A stretch of 64,000 nucleotides of DNA, taken from assembly GCF_019424165.1 (NCBI RefSeq), contig NZ_JAHZAA010000007.1:17915-81914 (forward strand), read 5' to 3'. The stretch's first letter is position 1, and each line of letters begins with the position of its first letter. Under the pieces are notes generated by a model. It was not told where the DNA came from. It saw only the letters and a program-made list of their open reading frames with translations, and did no database searches. This document shows positions 10,760-20,392 of this stretch, piece after piece. A program made the translations under genes and the position numbers. Source of the DNA: Desulfovibrio sp. (GTDB lineage: Bacteria > Desulfobacterota > Desulfovibrionia > Desulfovibrionales > Desulfovibrionaceae).

Positions 10760-10792
10760 TCCGGCAACGGCCATAACCCTGTGGAGGAAGAG

Positions 10793-12196
10793 ATGGCTGA
10801 TCACGACATCCCCTATCTTGAGGAACGCAAACTCCTCAAACGCTGGCGCGGTCCCCTGCCCATGCTGGCAAACCTGGCCCTTACTCTGGTCATTTTTGCT
10901 GTGACCTGGTGGGTGTTTCAGGACCCGCGCGGCATCATGCGCCTCTATACACCCTATGTGGGTTACAATTACTGCCGGTGGTGGCTGGTTATCCTGATCT
11001 GGATGGCCTACATTTTCGATTTCTGGCCCTTTAAAAAGAACTGGATACGCAACGCCCACCCGCTGCAGAAAGGCATCGTGCTTTCTCTGGTCTCGGTGGG
11101 ACTGATGATTGTGCTGATTCACGGCTTCTTTGAAGGCGTACTGGGCAATCTGGCTTTTGCCTACTTCAGCCCTGCCCAGTTGCAAAAGCTGCCCGGACTC
11201 ACGGAATTTTATGCTGTGGAGTACGCGGCCCAGGCCTGCATGATGTTTGCGGTCATCGCTTCGTGGATCAGCCCGGCCTGGCTGGTGGCCCTTGAAGGCC
11301 GCCCCTGGGAAAACCAGAAGCAGCCCGTCAGGGGGTTCAGCATCTGGCTCGGCACGTTCTGTCTGAGCCTCATCATCTACTTCATGACCATGCACAACCA
11401 CATGGGCATCCTGTACTACCCCTGGCAATACTTCACCGCCATTACGCCGCCCTATTGGGAAAACTTCGCCCAGACTGTTTCCGCCAACTTTCATGTAGCA
11501 TGGATCATGTGCTGCACGGTGGTGGTCTGGTTTATGGAAGGCATATGGGAACGCTACCCCTTCTGCCTGATAAAAACACCGTGGCTGCGGCGTTTCACCA
11601 CATTTTTCGGCATTATTGCCATTTCCCTCGCCCTGTGTTTCTTCTTCTGGTTCATGCAGGAACTGGTGTGGGGCGATGCCATCCGCGGACACAAGCGTGA
11701 TGCCGCTCCCGACTGGCGCTGGCTGCATGTGGGTGAAACCGCCATATTCTTCCTGGTTCCGGCCCTGTTCCTTCAGTTTTATGGCGGCAACTGCCCCAAC
11801 AAATTCAGCACTCCGGTGAATGTGCTGCTTCGCACGCTCATCGTCATCGTTGGCGGCATCGCCATTTACTGCCTGTATTATCAGTACGCCCATCTGGTTC
11901 TGGGTACGCAGAAAGGTTTTTCCCATCCGCAGCAGTTCCCGATGATCCCCATGATCTGGCTCATCAATATCTGGCTTATCAACTGGTGGTTCATGGATGG
12001 CTGGCCCGGCTGGCGGCGCGAGCTCCGCCGCGTGGAAGAGATCAAGGCCGACGAGCACGCCTTTGAAGCGAGCAGCGCGTGGGGCCCCGCAATGGTTCCG
12101 GGCCTTGTTGTGGGTATCGTGGCCGGCGTGGCTATATACTTTGCCATCGTGGCGGCGCTGCCCTGGTTCAGCGCGCACTTCACCCTGGTCCAGTAG
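10793..12196 (+). CDS. uncharacterised polytopic membrane protein (about 12 TM, Trp-rich), possible transporter
   Basis: 467 aa, many hydrophobic helices, strong RBS GGAGG, GC3-biased codon usage. Confidence 0.85.
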   Translation: MADHDIPYLEERKLLKRWRGPLPMLANLALTLVIFAVTWWVFQDPRGIMRLYTPYVGYNYCRWWLVILIWMAYIFDFWPFKKNWIRNAHPLQKGIVLSLVSVGLMIVLIHGFFEGVLGNLAFAYFSPAQLQKLPGLTEFYAVEYAAQACMMFAVIASWISPAWLVALEGRPWENQKQPVRGFSIWLGTFCLSLIIYFMTMHNHMGILYYPWQYFTAITPPYWENFAQTVSANFHVAWIMCCTVVVWFMEGIWERYPFCLIKTPWLRRFTTFFGIIAISLALCFFFWFMQELVWGDAIRGHKRDAAPDWRWLHVGETAIFFLVPALFLQFYGGNCPNKFSTPVNVLLRTLIVIVGGIAIYCLYYQYAHLVLGTQKGFSHPQQFPMIPMIWLINIWLINWWFMDGWPGWRRELRRVEEIKADEHAFEASSAWGPAMVPGLVVGIVAGVAIYFAIVAALPWFSAHFTLVQ

Positions 12197-12215
12197 GGGC
12201 CAGCAGGGAGCTGAT

Positions 12216-13364
12216 ATGAACAGACGTGAATTCATCAAAGGAGCCGCCCTGGGTGTAGGCGCAGGAACACTGGGCGCTATGGGCATATATTCCTACTCGC
12301 CCATGCGCCGCGCCTTTCTCAAAGATGCGCAGCGCGGTTCGACGGATATCGGCATGTGCAAGGCCATACGCATTACCAACATTTCAGAAACAAGCTGGTT
12401 CGACAACGGCGTGCTTATGCAGGACGTAACCAGCGCCGGCGGCCTGCTGGTTGACCAGTATACCTTCAACTGGCCGCCCTTCGGCAACGGCAAGGGGGTC
12501 GGCAAGGGCAGCTATGCGGAAGGCATCAAGCATATCAAGCATCTTTTACCCAAAAAGCTGGACGAAGCCTGGGAAATCACCCGTGAAAAAAGCGTGCATG
12601 CCGATAACGCAGGGGGCTTTTCCTGCCTGATCGAAGTGGAAGCCCTGGACGGCTCCGTAACCAAATACCTGTTTGATACCGGCTGGAACTATGTCTGGAT
12701 GGACGCCTGCTACAAGCGCGAAGGCATAGATCTCATGCTTGCCAATAACGAGATCAAGGCATTCATCCAGACGCACGAGCATATGGACCATTACTGGGGC
12801 CTGCCGGCTGTCACCAAATACAATCCCGACATCCCGGTATACATACCCAACACTTTCTACCCCGAAGGCAAGCAGTACCTCAAAGACTGCGGGCATGTCG
12901 GAAAACTTACAGAAGTTTCCAAGGGGCTGCACAAGCTGGAAAACGGCGTGGCGCTGTATACGTTTGACTGCCCCATCATCTTCCGCGTTTTCGGCGAGCT
13001 TTCCATGTACTGCAACGTAAAGGACGTGGGTCTTGTAAGCATTACCGGCTGCTGCCACCAGGGCATCATCCTTTTTGCCGACACCGCCTACAAGGAACTG
13101 GCCTATGAAAACGACCAGTTCTACGGCCTCTACGGCGGGCTGCACATATCGCCCTTTGACGATTGGGACCCCAAGTATGACGACCTCGTCATCGGACTGA
13201 AAAAGTGGGATCTGCAACGGGTCGGATGCAACCACTGCACAGGGCTTATCACTGCGCAAAAATTCGTGGACGCGGGCTACCCCGTGGTCAAGGGGACGGC
13301 GCGCTTCCGCTCCAAGACCACCAACTATCTCGGTAACGGCGACGTTATCACCTTCCCCTCCTGA
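12216..13364 (+). CDS. Tat-signal MBL-fold metallo-hydrolase (COG1237-like)
   Basis: MNRREFIKGAALGVGAG signal, LFDTG, THEHMDH (HxHxDH), TGCCHQG, GGLH, NHCTG. Confidence 0.88.
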   Translation: MNRREFIKGAALGVGAGTLGAMGIYSYSPMRRAFLKDAQRGSTDIGMCKAIRITNISETSWFDNGVLMQDVTSAGGLLVDQYTFNWPPFGNGKGVGKGSYAEGIKHIKHLLPKKLDEAWEITREKSVHADNAGGFSCLIEVEALDGSVTKYLFDTGWNYVWMDACYKREGIDLMLANNEIKAFIQTHEHMDHYWGLPAVTKYNPDIPVYIPNTFYPEGKQYLKDCGHVGKLTEVSKGLHKLENGVALYTFDCPIIFRVFGELSMYCNVKDVGLVSITGCCHQGIILFADTAYKELAYENDQFYGLYGGLHISPFDDWDPKYDDLVIGLKKWDLQRVGCNHCTGLITAQKFVDAGYPVVKGTARFRSKTTNYLGNGDVITFPS

Positions 13365-13453
13365 TTCTGAATCCCTCTGCGGGACCGGGCATGCCGTCCC
13401 GGTCCCGCAGAGACATCCGGCGCGGCATGCCGCGCCACAGCCAGGGAGCCGCC

Positions 13454-15301
13454 ATGCATCTGCACAGCCTGCTGCCGCGTCCATTGAACCCCCACGCCGG
13501 ACCAGAAAGCCCTTCCATACTGACGGCCCTGCTGTCGGGCATTCACCTGAACCGCAGACAGGCCCGCGCCCTTGGTTGGCGTGGTGTGCGCCCCTCGGCC
13601 CTGAAAGGACCGGCATGGACATGCAGGGTGGCTCCGCTGCCGCATGTTTTCGGCCTGGTTTTTCTTGATGAATATGTGGAAAAAGACGCCCTGCACGGCA
13701 CTTTTGCCGCCTGCGTCTTTCCGGATGCGCAGGACGCACTGCTGGACAGTTTTCCGCTACAGGCCCTGGCAATCGCTCTGGGGCCGGACTACGCACATGC
13801 CGTGCGCGAACTTTCAGCCCATGCCGAAGCCCTGTCCCCGTTCTGCCTGGGGCACGTCAACATTGCAGCAGCCCTGGACGGATCGTGGCTTTCCCTCAGC
13901 CTGTCGGCTCCGGCACGGCAACGCATTGTATCACTGGAAGGCATTGCCGTTCCCGACGGGACCGGCAAAACAGATGCTGCCCATACCGCGCATGAACAGC
14001 AATGGATTGTCCCGCCCGGCGGCCTTGAGTGTGATATACCCGCCTTTCGCCTGCTGCTGCGTTTTTTTGCCGCTCTGGCCGGTACGGCGTGCAGCCTGCT
14101 GGATGAAACACCCACCGTACACCTGCGCAAGATGCCACTGGCGCTTCAGGGTTGGCCCCAATCCTCCAAAGCCTGCCCCACGGCCAGACCATGCTGGCAG
14201 ATGCGCCTGACCGTCGGCCTTGGCGGCGCGCCGTACTGTGCTTCAAAGGAGGACAAGCAACTTTCCCGGCTGCCGGGTCGCTACTCTCCCCGGCCGGATG
14301 AGCTTTCGTCCTTGCCTGTCATGCACATTCTTACCGGCTTTCTCGGCTCCGGCAAAACCACTTTTCTGCGCCGCTGGCTGGACTTCCTTAACGGGCGGGA
14401 GCAATACGCGGCGGTCATCCAGAACGAATTCGGCAAAATAGGCCTGGATGCCGCCCTGACCCGAAGTGAAACACATGTGGAGGCGCTGGACGAAGGCTGT
14501 GTATGCTGCTCGCTGGCGGACACCCTGCGCCCCGGGTTGCAACGCCTGCTGGACACGGCTCCGGCGGAGCAGGTCATTCTGGAAACCACCGGCCTGGCCA
14601 ACCCTGCCAACGTATTGCGAACCCTGACAGAATTGACAGACCTTGTGCAGCCGGGACTGATTATTACCGTGGCGGATGCTCTGGAATGGAGCGGCGGCAT
14701 TGCCCCTGCCCAAAATTTCGACGGGGTGCGGCTGGCGCAGATCGAACAGGCCGACGTCATCATCGCAAACAAGGCTGATGCCGTGACGGAAAAACGCTTT
14801 CAGGAATTTCTGCACGCCCTGCGTGCCGTCAACGGCAAGGCATGCATTTTACCGGCCGTACAGGGCAATATTGCCTTTGCGCGGCTGGATGCCTTTTTGA
14901 CCGGCTGGCAAGACAAGCGTAATCCCGCGCCGTCACGCCAGCCCCGTCTTTATGACATGGCGCGGGTGCGGGAATGTTCCGGCACACACGCTGATGAAGG
15001 CTTTTCCTCACGTACCGTTCCCATGCCCGCACCGGTGGATGAGCACAGTCTGAGGCAAATGCTGCAAGCCGCCGGAACAGGTCTGTGCCGGGCCAAAGGC
15101 ATCGTCAACCTGCGGCACGAAGGGAGCATTCTTCCCGTGGTGGTGCAATACGCGGCAGGCCGTCTGGAATTTGAACAGGCTCCTGATGATGAGGCCGGAA
15201 GATATATGGTTTTTATAGGCATTGACTTGCCTGACGGAATAAAAAACGTCCCCCCTGGCTCCCTGGCCGATTCAGGGACCTGCCCCGCACACCCGGCCTG
15301 A
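13454..15301 (+). CDS. CobW/COG0523 G3E-family metallochaperone GTPase with long N-terminal extension
   Basis: TGFLGSGKTT, QNEFG, GCVCC, ILETTG, NKAD and C-terminal RAKG...VFIG. About 290 aa precede the Walker A motif. Confidence 0.88.
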   Translation: MHLHSLLPRPLNPHAGPESPSILTALLSGIHLNRRQARALGWRGVRPSALKGPAWTCRVAPLPHVFGLVFLDEYVEKDALHGTFAACVFPDAQDALLDSFPLQALAIALGPDYAHAVRELSAHAEALSPFCLGHVNIAAALDGSWLSLSLSAPARQRIVSLEGIAVPDGTGKTDAAHTAHEQQWIVPPGGLECDIPAFRLLLRFFAALAGTACSLLDETPTVHLRKMPLALQGWPQSSKACPTARPCWQMRLTVGLGGAPYCASKEDKQLSRLPGRYSPRPDELSSLPVMHILTGFLGSGKTTFLRRWLDFLNGREQYAAVIQNEFGKIGLDAALTRSETHVEALDEGCVCCSLADTLRPGLQRLLDTAPAEQVILETTGLANPANVLRTLTELTDLVQPGLIITVADALEWSGGIAPAQNFDGVRLAQIEQADVIIANKADAVTEKRFQEFLHALRAVNGKACILPAVQGNIAFARLDAFLTGWQDKRNPAPSRQPRLYDMARVRECSGTHADEGFSSRTVPMPAPVDEHSLRQMLQAAGTGLCRAKGIVNLRHEGSILPVVVQYAAGRLEFEQAPDDEAGRYMVFIGIDLPDGIKNVPPGSLADSGTCPAHPA

Positions 15302-15929
15302 CCGTAAAAACGAACAATTCACCGCAGTTTAATATTCCTGCGCACAAATATACCCGGTCCGGCGCAACAGCAATCGCGCCGCATGCGGCAGACACAGCGG
15401 GGTACAGGCGTGGTGTATTCCATAATAAGCTGATTTACCGGCAGAAACACCTGAGCAACAGATCAATGTAGCGCTTTTGACGGCAGCATGGCAGTGCACA
15501 CGCCACCTTTTCGCATGTCTCTTGTGATTGACGCCGGATATTTCTCGTGCCAATATACACCGAATAAACGATACACCGTCAGTACACGCCGGAAAGCCCG
15601 CGCCTGACGCATCGCAAAAGATGAACCATTGCGGTGCGGCCCAAGGTGGCGCTTGCTTTGCTGCAATGTGCTCCGGCCTGCCGGATACAGGATATACGGC
15701 ATGAGATATGTGCCGTTTTTTCGGGGCGCAGCGTGTTTTTTGCCTCACACGGCAAACAGACGTCCGTCCCGACTGCCACTCCATCCAGGCTCAACCCGCC
15801 GTACCTGTCAAGGCCAGAGGGCTGCACCTGAAAGCGGTGGCGCGGGCCGTAGGGCAATAGCGCACTTCAGCCGGGGCGGCCCGATGCTGACATTTCCCGC
15901 ACAGACCGCACTGAAAATTCCCGGAAAAT

Positions 15930-15956
15930 AAAAGCCCCGGACGTCACGCCCGGGGC
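15930..15956 (-). terminator. terminator after tatA
   Basis: Minus strand GCCCCGG-9nt-CCGGGGC followed by TTTT. Confidence 0.65.
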
Positions 15957-15994
15957 ATACAAGCAGCCAGAATTTTCAGAAGCCGATGTTTCGG

Positions 15995-16189
15995 CTACAT
16001 GGGCTTGCCGTTGTCATTCCCGTTATTTCGGGAGGTTATGTCAATTTCATCAGGTTCGGTGGTGGCTTTCTTAAAGTTTCTGATAGCCCTGCCGAGCCCG
16101 CCGCCGATTTCAGGCAGTTTTTTTGCGCCAAACAGCACCATGACCACAACCAACACAACCAGCAAATGCTGAATACTTAACGCTCCCAT
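15995..16189 (-). CDS. tatA: twin-arginine translocase subunit TatA/TatE
   Basis: TM helix followed by [23 protein letters not shown] amphipathic helix. Alternative start at 16201. Confidence 0.92.
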   Translation of the reverse strand: MGALSIQHLLVVLVVVMVLFGAKKLPEIGGGLGRAIRNFKKATTEPDEIDITSRNNGNDNGKPM

Positions 16190-16438
16190 AGCAAAAACCA
16201 TCCTTCCTGTTAAGGGCCCAAGTTGGCTGGCCTGAACAGGCCCGAAATTTCAGCCAATTTTGTTTAGTATACGCTCTCCCGGCGCAAAAGCAACAATTAA
16301 GCACTGGCACGCGGCTCGTGGCCGCGCCAGATCCGCCGCGTCGGGTCCGCACCATTTTTATTGTACATTACACCGGATGGGGATATGTTCCGTCATCCGG
16401 AAAAATCCCTACCGAAAAATTTTATTTTCAGGAACAGC

Positions 16439-18232
16439 ATGACCGCATCTTTTGAAGAATTGGGCTTGTCCCACGAACTGTTGAAAGCCGTTGAAGACAT
16501 GGGCTTTGAAGAGCCTTCCCCCATACAGGTTCTGGCCGTCCCCTGCCTGCTGGCAGGCAATGACGCCTTTGGCCAGGCGCAGACAGGTACCGGAAAAACA
16601 GCGGCTTTTGGCCTGCCCATTCTGGACAAGCTCACGCCCGAAAGAAACACACAGGCCCTTATATTGTGCCCCACGCGTGAGCTCGCCATCCAGGTAGCCG
16701 AAGAGCTGAACAAACTTGCCGCCCACAAAAGGGGCGTCGCCATTCTGCCCATCTACGGCGGGCAGCCCATTGAAAGGCAGTTGCGCGCGCTGGCCAAGGG
16801 CGTGCAGGTTGTGGTGGGTACGCCCGGGCGCGTTATGGACCACCTCAAACGCGGCACCCTGCGCCTGAGCGAAGCCCGCGTGGCCGTACTGGACGAAGCG
16901 GACGAAATGCTGGACATGGGCTTTCGTGAAGACATTGAGTCCATTCTGGAACAGACCCCGGCAAGCTGCCAGCGGGTGCTGTTTTCCGCCACTGTTCCTC
17001 CGGCCATCCGCGAACTGAGCAAACGCTTTCTCCGCGAACCGGAGATGCTCACCGTAGCCCAGAAAATGCTCACGGTTCCGGCCATTGAACAGATTTATTA
17101 TGAAGTGCGCCCCCACCAGAAGATGGACGCCCTCTGCCGCCTGCTGGATTCCCGCGCCTTTCACAAGGCTCTTGTCTTCTGCTCCACCAAACGCGGCGCG
17201 GATGAAGTGACCACACACCTGCAGCAACGCGGCTATCAGTCCGACAGCCTGCACGGCAACCTAGCGCAGTCGCAGCGCGACCGCGTGATGCAGCGTTTCC
17301 GTGCCGAAGGGCTGGACGTGCTGGTAGCCACAGACGTGGCGGCACGCGGCCTTGACGTGGACGACGTGGACGCCGTCGTCAACTACGACATCCCCCACGA
17401 TGTGGAAAAATATGTGCACCGCATAGGGCGCACAGGACGGGCGGGCCGTGTGGGCAGCGCCTTTACCTTTGTGACCATGCGCGAACATTACAAGATGCGC
17501 GACATCATCCGCTGCACCCGCGCGCGCATCACCGAAGGACGTTTGCCCAGCCTGCGTGATGTGGACAATATCCGCACCTCCCGCCTGCTGGATGAAGTGC
17601 GCCAGACCGTTGAATCCGGCACGCTTGAGCGCTGGCTCACCCTGGTGGAAGATTTTCTGGCCACACAGTTCCCTGACGGTGAAATTACCAGCCGCGATAT
17701 TTCTGCTGCCCTTTTCAAGCTGCTCATGCAGCGGGATTTTGGCGATCAGGACAAGCCGCTGGATCAGGATCCGCTGGCCGTGGACCCCCGCCGCCAGTAC
17801 AAGGACAGGGACAGGGACGGCGCGCCCGGCAGGCGTGAACCCGGCAAGCCCGGCGCACGCCCGCAACGGCGCGAAAATGACGGCCCCATGACCAGGCTGC
17901 ATCTCAATGTGGGGCATACGCACAAGGCCACACCCCGCGAACTGGTGGGAGCCATTACTGGCGAAACCGGAATTTCCAGCCGTCACATCGGGGCCATCAG
18001 CATCAACAAGAGCTTCTGTGTTGTGGAAATAGCCCAGGAGATGGCAGACGACGTGCTGGCCGTACTTAACAGGGGCGTCTTTATTGCAGGCATGCGTGTG
18101 GCGGCAAAAGTGGACAGCGGCAAACCCGCCTACCCGCGCCCCCGCAAACCTTTTGCCCCGGGACCTCGCCGTCAGGCTCCCGGCAAATACGGCAAAAAAG
18201 GCCGTAGCGGGCCGGAAGAGTACTACAGCTAG
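16439..18232 (+). CDS. deaD: DEAD-box RNA helicase (DeaD/CshA-like, DbpA-type C-terminal domain)
   Basis: Q motif, AQTGTGKT, PTRELA, DEAD, SAT, HRIGRTGRAG. Confidence 0.9.
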   Translation: MTASFEELGLSHELLKAVEDMGFEEPSPIQVLAVPCLLAGNDAFGQAQTGTGKTAAFGLPILDKLTPERNTQALILCPTRELAIQVAEELNKLAAHKRGVAILPIYGGQPIERQLRALAKGVQVVVGTPGRVMDHLKRGTLRLSEARVAVLDEADEMLDMGFREDIESILEQTPASCQRVLFSATVPPAIRELSKRFLREPEMLTVAQKMLTVPAIEQIYYEVRPHQKMDALCRLLDSRAFHKALVFCSTKRGADEVTTHLQQRGYQSDSLHGNLAQSQRDRVMQRFRAEGLDVLVATDVAARGLDVDDVDAVVNYDIPHDVEKYVHRIGRTGRAGRVGSAFTFVTMREHYKMRDIIRCTRARITEGRLPSLRDVDNIRTSRLLDEVRQTVESGTLERWLTLVEDFLATQFPDGEITSRDISAALFKLLMQRDFGDQDKPLDQDPLAVDPRRQYKDRDRDGAPGRREPGKPGARPQRRENDGPMTRLHLNVGHTHKATPRELVGAITGETGISSRHIGAISINKSFCVVEIAQEMADDVLAVLNRGVFIAGMRVAAKVDSGKPAYPRPRKPFAPGPRRQAPGKYGKKGRSGPEEYYS

Positions 18233-18888
18233 AACTGCGCCGGGCAACTGCTGTCGCTCCCAACTGGCGCCACATCTGTGGCGGGGGGCGGCTGCGGGTA
18301 CGGCACACGCTGCGGCAAGGCCCGTTTTGACGGGACTACCGGGTAAAAGGACAGGCCAAGAACAGCCTTACGGCAGCCCAACGCAGCACAGCAAAATGAC
18401 TGTTAGCCTAAACAGGCCCAGGCGGAACGTTGCCCGCCTGCGCCTGTTTTTTGCCGCTACCGAGTCCGCAGCATATCCCATACCCACTCTGTACAAATAG
18501 CCTGGTGAATTATGCCTGCCTCCGGAGCGGCTCCGCTTTGTCACTGCCTAAAAAACCTTTTATGCCGCCTCTCTTGCACCGCGCCGTATTCCGCCTGAAA
18601 CGCCTTTGTCTCACAAGGCCTGCCGACAGCCAAACAGTCTGCCTTGAGGTCAGGCAATGCACAAACAGCACTGAGCACTATAGATCTCTTTTTACATATA
18701 TTCGCCAATATCTGCTGTTTTGCGCAAGTATACTTTTCTTCCATCAGGCATTTCTGTTTCGAGCGCTCCTGTCTTGCACTCAACCTGTGACTGTGTGACA
18801 CTTGCAACCCAAAGCTGCCTCGGCAGGCGAAACATGCAGGACAGCAGCAGGGCAAGGCCGGGGACGGCACAACAACAGGCGGTATTTC

Positions 18889-19761
18889 ATGCATATTTTC
18901 AAATCGGCATCATGGATTGACAGCCTTTTAACCGACGATTGCCCCGGCCCGGACCTGACCGTGGAAATGCTGGGCATCGGCCCGCAAAGCGGCGCAATGC
19001 TTTTCAGCCCTCGTGCGGACGGCATCATCAGCGGTGTGGAAGAAGCGGAGCAGCTCCTGACGCGCTGCGGCCTTTCCACCACACGCATGGCCGCCAACGG
19101 CGACATGCTTCAGGCCGGTCAGGTTTTTCTTGAGGCCAGGGGCCGTGCCGCTGCCCTGCATAAGGGCTGGAAAGCGGCTCAGGTTCTTATGGAATACATG
19201 TCGGGCATTGCCCGCCGCTGCGCCTTCATGCTGGAACGCGCCCGCGCCGTGCGCCCCGGCGTGCAGGTGGCCGTGACGCGCAAGAGCTTTCCCGGAGCCA
19301 AGGCCCTGTGCCTCGAAGCCGCCCTGAACGGCGGGGCCATCATACACAGGCAGAACCTTTCAGAATCTGTTTTGCTGTTTGCGCAGCATCTGCTGTTTTT
19401 TTCCGGCAGTGAAAAACAGCCCGCGCTGGAAACCCTCGCCCGCCAAGTACGGGACCTGCGCGCCCGCATGCCGGAAAAAAACATCACCATCGAGGTGGAC
19501 TGCCTTGATGACGCCCTGCTGGCGGCAGGAGCCGGGCTGGACATCATCCAGTGCGAAAAGTTCTCCTGCCAGGACCTGGCGGCCACCGTCGGCGCGCTGA
19601 AATCCGCACGGCCCGACATTCTCATTCTGGCCGCGGGCGGCATTGGCGGCGACAATGCGGCGGAATACGCCGCAACGGGCGTGGATGTGCTTGTAACCAG
19701 TTGGCCGTACTGGGGCAAACCGGCGGACATACAGGTCGTTATGGCGGCTGACGCCCGATAG
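18889..19761 (+). CDS. modD: ModD-like quinolinate phosphoribosyltransferase-family protein
   Basis: DDCPGPDLT, EYMSGIA, TRKSFPGAK, HRQNLSESVLLFAQH, AAGGI, GVDVLVTS. Confidence 0.82.
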   Translation: MHIFKSASWIDSLLTDDCPGPDLTVEMLGIGPQSGAMLFSPRADGIISGVEEAEQLLTRCGLSTTRMAANGDMLQAGQVFLEARGRAAALHKGWKAAQVLMEYMSGIARRCAFMLERARAVRPGVQVAVTRKSFPGAKALCLEAALNGGAIIHRQNLSESVLLFAQHLLFFSGSEKQPALETLARQVRDLRARMPEKNITIEVDCLDDALLAAGAGLDIIQCEKFSCQDLAATVGALKSARPDILILAAGGIGGDNAAEYAATGVDVLVTSWPYWGKPADIQVVMAADAR

Positions 19762-19876
19762 GCGGCGTCTCCTTACACCTCTCCCTCAGGCAATCCGACG
19801 GCCGCGGGACAGGACGTTTTGCCGGCAGCACGGCGGCCCTTGGCCGCAGATCCGTCCGTCAGACATGGCCTTGCAA

Positions 19877-20371
19877 TCAAAAAGCCGCGCCCTCCCGGTG
19901 TGCGGCGGCCTTTGCCGCGATGCGCAGAAACTTTTCAGCCATAACGCCGGGCGCGATTTTCGCCTGTGCTCCGGCCGAGGTACGCACGCTGCCCTCAAGC
20001 TGCATGGGTTCACTGCCGTAAGCCTTTTCCAGCGCATCCTCCATGGCGCGCCGCAGCAGCGCGAACGAGGCATCCACTTCAGGATAGAGATTATCCTCCC
20101 GCCAGGGCAGCACAAGAGTGCGCGTCCAGGCATGCCCCTTGTGCGAGGGAGCCTCCAGCGTGTGGAACATTTCGGGCCTGTAGTCCGGCGCGCGTTCAAA
20201 CAGGCCGGGATAGCAGTAGTCCTGCCGCTCTTCCTCCGGCCGGGGAATTGTGGAAACAATGCTCACCACCGGCAGGGCCAGCGCCCGCTCGTGGTCTTCA
20301 AGCTGTGCGCAGTAACTGAGAACCGGCCGCAGGTTTCCTCTTTTTTTGGTGATCTTCCATTCTATACGCAT
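19877..20371 (-). CDS. hypothetical protein (164 aa)
   Basis: RBS GGAG, third gene of the AAA-vWA operon, protein-like composition. Confidence 0.75.
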   Translation of the reverse strand: MRIEWKITKKRGNLRPVLSYCAQLEDHERALALPVVSIVSTIPRPEEERQDYCYPGLFERAPDYRPEMFHTLEAPSHKGHAWTRTLVLPWREDNLYPEVDASFALLRRAMEDALEKAYGSEPMQLEGSVRTSAGAQAKIAPGVMAEKFLRIAAKAAAHREGAAF

Positions 20372-20392
20372 AACTGCTCCGCTGGTTCTTCA

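Noticed and set aside
8038..16189. Integrated genomic island at tRNA-Sec (a known integration hotspot)
   Set aside because: No integrase, no duplicated tRNA 3' end (att) spotted by eye, and the coding composition resembles the flanks.
18676..18705. ModE box upstream of modD
   Set aside because: TATAG...TACAT half-sites have the wrong spacing compared with TATAT-N7-TAYAT.
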